Shown here piece by piece: positions 48,436 to 56,546 of a DNA stretch of 64,000 nucleotides (position 1 is the first letter of the stretch; each line of letters opens with the position of its first letter). Location of the stretch: NCBI GenBank assembly GCA_040222015.1, contig JAVJWO010000134.1, forward strand, positions 1-64,000, written 5' to 3'. The notes beneath the pieces were generated by a model. The model saw nothing but the letters and a program-made list of their open reading frames with translations, did no database searches and was not told where the DNA came from. The position numbers were made by a program, and so were the translations under genes. The DNA comes from Coleofasciculus chthonoplastes F2-STO-03 (lineage in GTDB: Bacteria > Cyanobacteriota > Cyanobacteriia > Cyanobacteriales > Coleofasciculaceae).

Positions 48436-51400
48436 ATGCAAAACTTACGCAATAAATCCTGGCGCATCAGTTACTCCAGCAACGAAAATAACCCTATTGC
48501 TGACTTCTACATCCCCGCCTTAGAATGCGCCGTTCAATACGATCGCAAATCCGGCTTCTTCAACAGTGCCATATTAAGCAAAGTCGCCCGTGGTTTAGGG
48601 GCAATGCTGCACAACGAGGGAAAAATACGGCTGATTATGGGCTGTCAGTTTAGCCCCCAAGACTTGCAAGCCATCCAACAAGGTTACGAACTACGGGAAG
48701 CTTTACTCACTCGCCTGGATACCGAACTCAACCCTCCAGAAAACTTCGTCCAACTCAAACATTTTGAGATTCTCAGTTGGCTAGTTGCTAACGGCTACCT
48801 GGATATTAAAATTGCTGTCCCCCTCAAAAATAACGGCATACCGGAAGAAAGCCAAACCCAACTTGACCCGTATCACATTTTCCATGAAAAAGTTGGTATT
48901 TTTATCGATTCTCAAGGCAACCAATTAGCCTTCAGCGGTTCTAATAACGAATCCCTCAGCGGTTGGGAACGCAATGTCGAATCCTTCCACGTTTACTCTA
49001 GCTGGGAAGGTGGGAGAGATTTAGAACGAGTTAATGAGGAACTGTTCCGTTTTGAACAACTCTGGAATAATTTAGCCCCCAACGTCCGAATCTTTGAAGT
49101 CCCAGAAGCAGTTCGGCAAAAGCTGTTGCGCTACACCCCAGCCACTAAACCCACTTGGAGTAAACAAGCAGAATTCGACAGGAGAACCCTACCGAAAAAT
49201 GGGGGAGGTGTAGAAAGTCGATCGCCTGAAGGAGTGCGAGCGTCTCGCTCGCTATATCTTAATAATGGTTCCTTAGACCCTAATAATAGTTCCTTAGACC
49301 CTAATAATAGTTCGCTAAACTTGAGAGAGCGCGGGCAAGATAATGATCGACAAAATAGCAATCACAGCAAAAATAGCGATCGCGGGCAAGATGCCCGCAC
49401 TACAAATCCCGAACTAACACCTGACCCTGAAACTAACGGGCAAGATGCCCGCACGACAAATCCCGAACTAACACCTGACCCTGAAACTAACGGGCAAGAT
49501 GCCCACACGACAAATCCCGAACTAACACCTGACCCTGAAACTAACGGGCAAGATGCCCACACGACAAATCCCGAACTAACACCTGACCCTGAAACTAACG
49601 GGCAAGATGCCCGCACTACAAATCCCAAACTAACACCTGACCCTGAAACTAACGGGCAAGATGCCCACACGACAAATCCCGAACTAACACCTGACGCTGA
49701 AACTAACGGGCAAGATGCCCGCACGACAAATCCCGAACTAACACCTGACGCTGAAACTAACGGGCAAGATGCCCACACGACAAATCCCGAACTAACACCT
49801 GACCCTGAAACTAACGGGCAAGATGCCCACACTCCTGAAGAAATTGAACGAGAACGCCAAGCTTTTTCCCAACTCGCCAACCTGCACAAACACCCCGGCT
49901 GCTTGGACTTTTGCCTCAAATCTATTCCGATTACCCCCTGGCCACACCAAATAAAAATACTCCGTCAAGTTGCCCAGCAGTTCCCCCGCAGTTTCCTCAT
50001 TGCTGATGAAGTTGGACTGGGAAAGACAATTGAAACAGGTTTAATTCTGCGTTACTTGCTAGTCAGCCAAAAAGTGAAGCGCGTCTTAATCCTCGCCCCT
50101 GCCAGTGTGCAACCCCAGTGGCAGGAAGAACTGCGAGAAAAGTTTAACCTTCACTTCTGGAGTTACGCACAAGGGGGATTAACTGACCCCTATGGAAGCA
50201 GTGTATTCCCAAGCAAAAACGAAGGTAGTGGGAGCATCTTGCTCCCTGGAACTACAAGCGGGGAAATTACACCCAACCGGGAGACTATTCCCAACCGGGA
50301 AACTATACCTAGCGGGCAAGATGCCCGCACTACCAACCCCTGGAATACCAAAGATTTAGTTCTCGCCTCTAGTCATTTGGTGCGCCGTACTGAAAGAATG
50401 CAGGAACTTTTAGAGGCTGAAGTTTGGGATTTAGTGGTGTTAGATGAAGCCCACCATGCACGGCGCAAAAGCCCTCAAGCGCGTAAGGATACCCCAAATC
50501 GGCTGCTGGAGTTAATGGGGCAACTCAAAGAAAAGACACGCGCTTTAGTGCTGCTATCTGCTACCCCAATGCAGATTGACCCAATTGAAGTCTTTGACTT
50601 ACTCTCCCTCGTAGGGCTTCAGGGGTATTGGTCTTATGGCGATAACTTCTGTAGTTATTTTTCGACTTTACCAGAACCACCAGACCGCTTCATCCTGGAA
50701 TTCTGGCAGCAGATGTCGGTAGATTATTTTAAACGTGGCGGTAAGTCCTGTTCTCGTTTACAGCAGTACTTGGAGAAACTGGATCGTTTCATCACTTACA
50801 AACTGCAAAATGTCTGGAAAGATGGGCAAAAAATAGTAAATCCCAGACAATATCTAGCTGACGAACCCTTTATCGCCACATCTAGACAGTACCTCACCGT
50901 CAATACTCCCCTCAAAGATTTAATGTTCCGCCACACCCGCGATACTCTACGGCAATACTATCGCTTGGGTTTGCTAGACCGAGATATTCCCCAGCGGGAT
51001 GTGCGAGACAACGCCATTTCCCTAGAACCGAACCGGGAAGTCCCCCTCTATCGCGCCGTCAGCGAGTACGTGCGAAACTTCTATCGCCTTGCCCAAAAGC
51101 AGGAACGTAAGGCGTTAGGCTTTTTGATGACGCTGTACCGCAAGCGATTAACTAGCTCATTTTATGCCATTCGCGAATCCTTGCAACGCCGCTTAGATTC
51201 TCTGCAGGAAGGGGCGGGTAGTAGTGTTACCAGCGATGATTTGAGTGATATTGACGAGGCAGATGATGCCGTAATTACTGGTTTGGAATCATTTTTAGAA
51301 CCCGTAGACCCCAGAGAAATTGAATATCTCGAAGACTTGCTGCGTCAGTTTGAAAATACGGGGGAAGATAGCAAATTATCTCATTTAATTGACACTCTGC

Positions 51401-52296
51401 GCCGGGAATTGATTGAGCGAGAAAGTGCAATTATTTTCACTCAGTATACCGACACGATGGACTATCTGCGGGAGTCACTGCGGCAGCTTTATGGAAGTCA
51501 GGTGGCCTGTTACTCCGGACGTGGGGGAGAGTTGTACCGGGGAAACGACTGGTGCATTTTGCCCAAAGAACTCATCAAACGCCAGTTCCGAGAAGGTGAG
51601 ATTAAAATTTTACTGTGTACGGAATCGGCATCTGAGGGCTTGAATCTGCAAACTTGTGGGGTGTTAATCAATTATGATCTGCCCTGGAACCCGATGCGAG
51701 TTGAGCAAAGAATTGGACGTTTAGACCGAATTGGACAGATTTATCCCACAGTTAAGATTCACAACTTCTATTATGATGGCACAGTAGAGGCGAAGGTATA
51801 TCGAAAATTGCGCGATCGCATCAATGCTTTTGCTACAGTTGTCGGCAACCTGCAACCGATTCTAGCTCAAGTTCCCACGTTTATCGAGCAAGCTGTGATG
51901 AGTGCTGATCCCGAAGAAGAAGATGTGTTGATGTCAGAATTTGAGCAGGTACTCAACACCCCACCCCTGCGTCCGGCTTTAGAAGAAATGATCGCTATGG
52001 ATGTTGAGGCTGACTTACACGACATCCGCCAACCCATCCCCCCAACACCTGTTACACCAGAAACCATTGAACAGTTATTCACCACTTCAGCCCGTCTCAA
52101 GTCCGATGGTGTCGAGTTTGAACCCTTACGCGATCGCATCTGGCAGCTTACCTATCAAGGGCAGCAGTACAATGTTACTTTTTATCCCGAAGTCTTCGAT
52201 GAAATGCCTTCCCTGCGGCTGATGAGCTTTGGGGAGCCATTATTTGAACAGTTGCTCAACACCGCTGTAACTGTGACTTGTGCGATCGCGCCTTAA
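48436..52296 (+). CDS. PLD-nuclease + SNF2 helicase fusion
   Basis: FHEKVGIF..GSNNES PLD-like motif; ADEVGLGKT, LDEAHH, SATP, EGLNLQ, EQRIGRLDRIGQ. Confidence 0.9.
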   Translation: MQNLRNKSWRISYSSNENNPIADFYIPALECAVQYDRKSGFFNSAILSKVARGLGAMLHNEGKIRLIMGCQFSPQDLQAIQQGYELREALLTRLDTELNPPENFVQLKHFEILSWLVANGYLDIKIAVPLKNNGIPEESQTQLDPYHIFHEKVGIFIDSQGNQLAFSGSNNESLSGWERNVESFHVYSSWEGGRDLERVNEELFRFEQLWNNLAPNVRIFEVPEAVRQKLLRYTPATKPTWSKQAEFDRRTLPKNGGGVESRSPEGVRASRSLYLNNGSLDPNNSSLDPNNSSLNLRERGQDNDRQNSNHSKNSDRGQDARTTNPELTPDPETNGQDARTTNPELTPDPETNGQDAHTTNPELTPDPETNGQDAHTTNPELTPDPETNGQDARTTNPKLTPDPETNGQDAHTTNPELTPDAETNGQDARTTNPELTPDAETNGQDAHTTNPELTPDPETNGQDAHTPEEIERERQAFSQLANLHKHPGCLDFCLKSIPITPWPHQIKILRQVAQQFPRSFLIADEVGLGKTIETGLILRYLLVSQKVKRVLILAPASVQPQWQEELREKFNLHFWSYAQGGLTDPYGSSVFPSKNEGSGSILLPGTTSGEITPNRETIPNRETIPSGQDARTTNPWNTKDLVLASSHLVRRTERMQELLEAEVWDLVVLDEAHHARRKSPQARKDTPNRLLELMGQLKEKTRALVLLSATPMQIDPIEVFDLLSLVGLQGYWSYGDNFCSYFSTLPEPPDRFILEFWQQMSVDYFKRGGKSCSRLQQYLEKLDRFITYKLQNVWKDGQKIVNPRQYLADEPFIATSRQYLTVNTPLKDLMFRHTRDTLRQYYRLGLLDRDIPQRDVRDNAISLEPNREVPLYRAVSEYVRNFYRLAQKQERKALGFLMTLYRKRLTSSFYAIRESLQRRLDSLQEGAGSSVTSDDLSDIDEADDAVITGLESFLEPVDPREIEYLEDLLRQFENTGEDSKLSHLIDTLRRELIERESAIIFTQYTDTMDYLRESLRQLYGSQVACYSGRGGELYRGNDWCILPKELIKRQFREGEIKILLCTESASEGLNLQTCGVLINYDLPWNPMRVEQRIGRLDRIGQIYPTVKIHNFYYDGTVEAKVYRKLRDRINAFATVVGNLQPILAQVPTFIEQAVMSADPEEEDVLMSEFEQVLNTPPLRPALEEMIAMDVEADLHDIRQPIPPTPVTPETIEQLFTTSARLKSDGVEFEPLRDRIWQLTYQGQQYNVTFYPEVFDEMPSLRLMSFGEPLFEQLLNTAVTVTCAIAP
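49383..49835 (+). repeat. In-frame 54-bp tandem array (8 units + partial), each unit carrying a REP-A hairpin
   Basis: Unit CGGGCAAGATGCCCGCACTACAAATCCCGAACTAACACCTGACCCTGAAACTAA = GQDARTTNPELTPDPETN. Confidence 0.95.
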
Positions 52297-52333
52297 GCTA
52301 TTCGGCATTTAAACTTTATTTCCACCAACCTAC

Positions 52334-53359
52334 TTACAAATGAGGGAATAACTTCAAAAAAGATTGCCGATAAAAATTTAAAACTCGTTGAGTATAAGCC
52401 GCCGTTGAACCCTGATTATATTGCTGGGGATCACCCGTCATCCACCAAGCCGCAGCCCGCTGTACCGCCACTGTCTCATTATTACCACTCGCCTCATACT
52501 GTTTATTAAGCACATCTCCCATCACGCAAACTAAAATAGTACGGGCAGTCACCGGACTCGCGGCAAAATCGGCGGGTGTTAGTTCCTCTCCAATACATTG
52601 ATTGGACCAACGGGGAATATTTTCTGGTTTAATTTGCCAATCACTGTAAAGTCCATCATTTTCTATTCCCGTTTGCGGTGCTGCCCGTCGTAGTGCTTCC
52701 ACTAAAGCGGCGACTTTTGTATCAGAAATCGCGTTATTGGTTGAGGAACGGGCGGCAGCTTGAGGCTGAGAGGCGGCTGACGATTGACTTTCCGTCGGTT
52801 GAGAGGATGATGCTGGTTTTGCCGCCGAGGGAGTCGTGGTGGGTTGAGCGGGAGTTGCAGATTGTTGCGTCTGGGGATTACGGCGTTGCTGTTGGTAATT
52901 TTTCAGCACATTCTGAATGTAAGTGTAGGTGTAAGAGTTTTCAGGAATGCTATTATATTGACTCCCATCCCCAGTCATCCACCAAGCCGCTGCCCGTTGT
53001 ATTGCCACCGACTCATTATTATTACTGGCACGAAACTGCTCATTCAATACATCCCGCATCACGCACACCAAGATAGTCCGCGCCGTTACCGGACTGGCTT
53101 CAAAATCAGCAGGTGACAGTTCTCGTCCAATACATTGCTTTGACCATCGGGGAATGTTACCCGGTTTAATTTGCCAGTCACTATAGAGTCCATCATCTGC
53201 CCTTCCCGTTTGCGGTGCGGCTAGTCGCAAAGCTTCCACCAGCGCTGAAACTTGAGCATCAGAGACTTGAGCGTATACCGGGGAACTCCAGAGTCCCAGA
53301 GAAAGTAACGCGGTACTCAGTAGGACTCGTTGAACTGGTTTAATGAATTTGAAACCCAT
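52334..53359 (-). CDS. Secreted protein with two ~125-aa homologous domains and a S/T/P/Q-rich linker
   Basis: Signal peptide (VYA-Q); duplicated ALVEALR.AAPQTG..DGLYSDWQIKP.NIPRWS.QC...AAAWWMTGD. Confidence 0.85.
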   Translation of the reverse strand: MGFKFIKPVQRVLLSTALLSLGLWSSPVYAQVSDAQVSALVEALRLAAPQTGRADDGLYSDWQIKPGNIPRWSKQCIGRELSPADFEASPVTARTILVCVMRDVLNEQFRASNNNESVAIQRAAAWWMTGDGSQYNSIPENSYTYTYIQNVLKNYQQQRRNPQTQQSATPAQPTTTPSAAKPASSSQPTESQSSAASQPQAAARSSTNNAISDTKVAALVEALRRAAPQTGIENDGLYSDWQIKPENIPRWSNQCIGEELTPADFAASPVTARTILVCVMGDVLNKQYEASGNNETVAVQRAAAWWMTGDPQQYNQGSTAAYTQRVLNFYRQSFLKLFPHL

Positions 53360-53610
53360 TGGCGATAACCCTTGTTTAGCTTTTGTAGAAACAATTCATG
53401 AATTACCCCTACAACTGGTAGTTTAACGGTAACGATGAGGAATTTAAGTCGATAATTGGATTGCTGACTCGATGTTCTAGAGGAGCAGAGGCGAGAGTTG
53501 ACTCGGTTTTTTGTATTCTGAGACACATTGAATCAAAAAATCCTGCTTCTGCTAAAGCGCTAATCTTATACTTAGAGACACCCAGACAGCCCGGTTGAAG
53601 GAGTAAAGCC

Positions 53611-54354
53611 ATGAATAATCCATTTGACAAATATAGATATCAGATCAATCCCAATATATTCGGGATACTGAGAAACCTGATGATGATGACGACAGGCGCT
53701 ACGGTGGTTGTCGCCCTGATTTTTGGCATTGGGTTATGGCGCACCGGGTCTCGTTTTTTGGGGCAAGTGACTAGCTTGTTCAGCACCCCTCAACCCGCAC
53801 CCGAAGTTGACGTGCGCTCCTTGATTGTCCAGCAAGTGCGGGAGGTTAGCGATTTGACTACGGCTGTTTTTACGATGGAGGCGGTAGTTCCTACCCGTCA
53901 AGCTCGGACTTTGGCAGGGTATCCGATCGCGGAAACCACACTCCTTTATATTGCTTATGGTGAGGTGCGGGCTGGTGTCGATTTGGCAGAACTTAAACCA
54001 GAAAATGTGCAAACTGTCAATGATACGCTTCAACTTCAATTACCACCCCCCAAAATTTTAGATAGCAAAATTGACGTGAATCGGTCTCAGGTGTATGACT
54101 ACGATCGCGGCTTCTTGGGATTAGGACCCGATACAGCACCCCAGTTGCAGATGTTGGCGCAACAAGAGACATTGAAGAAAATTGTCTTCAATGCCTGTGA
54201 GCAAGGGGTCTTAAAAAAAGCCAACGAACGCGCCGAACTGGTTGTGGGTCAGTTGTTGACGACAGCCGGATATAAACAGGTAGAGGTAAATACTCAATCC
54301 CCTGTACCTGGCACTTGTCAGTCGGCGGCGTTAGCCTCTCAGCCTGGTAATTAA
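53611..54354 (+). CDS. DUF4230 family protein
   Basis: N-terminal TM, DLTTA, GEVRAGVDL, LPPPKI, GVLKKANERA. Confidence 0.8.
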   Translation: MNNPFDKYRYQINPNIFGILRNLMMMTTGATVVVALIFGIGLWRTGSRFLGQVTSLFSTPQPAPEVDVRSLIVQQVREVSDLTTAVFTMEAVVPTRQARTLAGYPIAETTLLYIAYGEVRAGVDLAELKPENVQTVNDTLQLQLPPPKILDSKIDVNRSQVYDYDRGFLGLGPDTAPQLQMLAQQETLKKIVFNACEQGVLKKANERAELVVGQLLTTAGYKQVEVNTQSPVPGTCQSAALASQPGN

Positions 54355-54411
54355 GGAGATAGGGAGCAATGTAGCACGTCTAGGAGATAGGTGTCAGATC
54401 AGGGAGATTCT

Positions 54412-54471
54412 GTAGGGGCGGGTTTCACTACTATCTTTTTGGTTACACCCAGATGTAACTAAACCCGCCCC
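54412..54471 (+). repeat. REP family E: GTAGGGGCGGGTT...AAACCCGCCC (also ~8739-8803, ~22019-22085 and two copies at 62007-62148)
   Basis: Recurrent long hairpin with a GTAG/CTAC foot. Confidence 0.75.
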
Positions 54472-54727
54472 GACTTTACAAATGACCAATGACCAATGAC
54501 CAATTTTTTGTCCCAGAAGTCCCTCAGGAGGATTACCCTGGAATCAGAGGACTTGTAAAGTTACTAATGAAGATACGTCAGTGTAGTATAAAACCTTACC
54601 AAAGGGAAGATTCGCTAATCCAGTCCAGGCAACATCAGTCTACGCCGTGCCATCAATTGGCGAATGCGGGTGAACCCTGGTGTTTACATCGGGTTACCAG
54701 TCGAATTGAAGAGGACGTAATTTGACG

Positions 54728-55501
54728 ATGACTTACTGTCTGGGCATTATTAACCGTTTTGGTATAGTCTTAGCGGCGGACTCTCGCACCAATGCCGGGG
54801 TAGACTATATTTCTACTTACAATAAGCTTTTTGATTTTTCCCTGCCAGGAGAGCGAGCGATTGTTATATGTACATCGGGAAACCTGTCGATTACCCAAGG
54901 GGTAATCAATCAGTTGCATCGGGATCTACATAGTCAGGAAGAACTGAATATCCACTCCCTCCCGAATATGTATGAGGTGACTCGTTACGTTGGCAGCAAA
55001 CTGCGACAAATTCAAGATCAAGACCGTCCTTGGTTAGAACGCGATCGCATTGATTTTCACTGTAGCTTGCTAGTCGGGGGTCAAATTCGTGGCGAAGCAC
55101 CACAACTCTATCTGATTTACACCCAAGGGAATTTTATTCAAGCCACGCTGGAAACGCCGTTTTTGCAAATTGGCGAAACCAAGTATGGCAAACCCATTCT
55201 CGACCGAACTCTCACTTATGATATGCCCCTAGAGGCTGTTGCCAAGTGCGCTTTGCTGTCTATCGATTCAACCATGAAATCGAATATTTCAGTCGGACCC
55301 CCAATTAACTTGGTCATGTATGAAGCTGGCACATTTATGGCTCGCCAGAAACTGCAACTGCGCTTAGGTGATCCCTATCTGGCAAAGATTCGCAAATTGT
55401 GGGAAGATTCGTTACGGCGGGCATTTGAATCCATGCCAAATATTGAATGGCAGCATCCTCCAGTAGAAGATAATCAACAAGAAGATATTCTGATTGATTA
55501 A
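54728..55501 (+). CDS. Anbu proteasome-type (Ntn) protease
   Basis: M-T1-YCLG...DSRTNAGVD, SGNLS, QIGETKYGKPILDR, STMKSNISVGPP. Confidence 0.9.
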   Translation: MTYCLGIINRFGIVLAADSRTNAGVDYISTYNKLFDFSLPGERAIVICTSGNLSITQGVINQLHRDLHSQEELNIHSLPNMYEVTRYVGSKLRQIQDQDRPWLERDRIDFHCSLLVGGQIRGEAPQLYLIYTQGNFIQATLETPFLQIGETKYGKPILDRTLTYDMPLEAVAKCALLSIDSTMKSNISVGPPINLVMYEAGTFMARQKLQLRLGDPYLAKIRKLWEDSLRRAFESMPNIEWQHPPVEDNQQEDILID

Positions 55502-55534
55502 ATTCCCTATTCCCCATTCCCTATTCCTTGACAA

Positions 55535-56428
55535 ATGACGAATGACACAGGACAAATAACAAACCGATATTGGATTGGAGCGATCGCGGTTTTGGGAATG
55601 CTGGAGACAGCATTCCTCACTGTGGTTGAATGGTTAGGAAAAGCGGCGGAGATTTGTCCCACTCATGGCTGTCAAGCGGTGCTAGAAAGTCCTTATGCCC
55701 AGGTTTTTGGACTCCCTCTCCCCCTATTGGGGTTTCTTGCCTACACCACGTTGGCAGGGGTTACTCTAGCACCTTTAGCTCTTAAATCCTTGTCATCTGA
55801 GTGGGTGGAATCCAGTTGGCTAGTCATGCTGGCAATTACCACCTGTATGCTGGTGAGTAGCAGCTATCTGATGGTGGTGATGCTGTTTGTCGTCAAGGGA
55901 ATTTGTCCCTACTGCATCACCTCGGCGCTGTTGTCCTTAACCCTATTCCTGTGGACGGCGATCGGTTATGATTGGCAAGATATTGGACAAGTCACGCTGA
56001 CAGGATTGGCGGTTGGTTTGCTGACATTCACGGGGATAGTGGGAGTCTATACTCATGTTCCTAGCGCTAGCGCTACTACAGGAGAATCCGGTCCACCCAT
56101 TACCCATATCTCCGGTGCGGCTGAACTCGCGTTGGCACGTCATTTGACCACTGTAGGAGCAAGAATGTATGGTTCATTTACTTGCCCTCATTGTCACGAA
56201 CAAAAACAACTTTTTGGTCAAGCCGCCTTTAATCAAATTGATTATATTGAATGCCATCCGCTTGGCAGGAATGCCCAGCCTGAACGCTGTCAATCCGCCA
56301 ATATTAAAGGGGTTCCTACCTGGGAAATTCAGGGACAGTTTTATTCTGGGGTGCAACCCTTAGAACGATTAGCAGATATTTCGGGGTATCAGGGTTCAGA
56401 GGCGTTTAAGTATGAGTTTCCTTATTAA
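55535..56428 (+). CDS. VKOR-thioredoxin fusion (disulfide bond formation)
   Basis: C-x4-C..VL.SPYA loop, TM CPYC, Trx-like CPHC, YIEC, GVPTW. Confidence 0.9.
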   Translation: MTNDTGQITNRYWIGAIAVLGMLETAFLTVVEWLGKAAEICPTHGCQAVLESPYAQVFGLPLPLLGFLAYTTLAGVTLAPLALKSLSSEWVESSWLVMLAITTCMLVSSSYLMVVMLFVVKGICPYCITSALLSLTLFLWTAIGYDWQDIGQVTLTGLAVGLLTFTGIVGVYTHVPSASATTGESGPPITHISGAAELALARHLTTVGARMYGSFTCPHCHEQKQLFGQAAFNQIDYIECHPLGRNAQPERCQSANIKGVPTWEIQGQFYSGVQPLERLADISGYQGSEAFKYEFPY

Positions 56429-56546
56429 AGCCCCCCTTTTTCGATCCCCCTTCCGTCTCCCAACCCCCCTCGTTCCCCCTGCTTCCAGACATAGCATGCT
56501 ACGTCTCTACATTGCTCTCCCTGCTCCCCCTCACCTCTCCACTTAT

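Noticed and set aside
49383..49835. CRISPR array
   Set aside because: The 'spacers' are identical, the array is in frame in a CDS, and there are no cas genes; it is a tandem repeat.
49362..49919. 185-aa antisense ORF
   Set aside because: Shadow of the 54-bp array.
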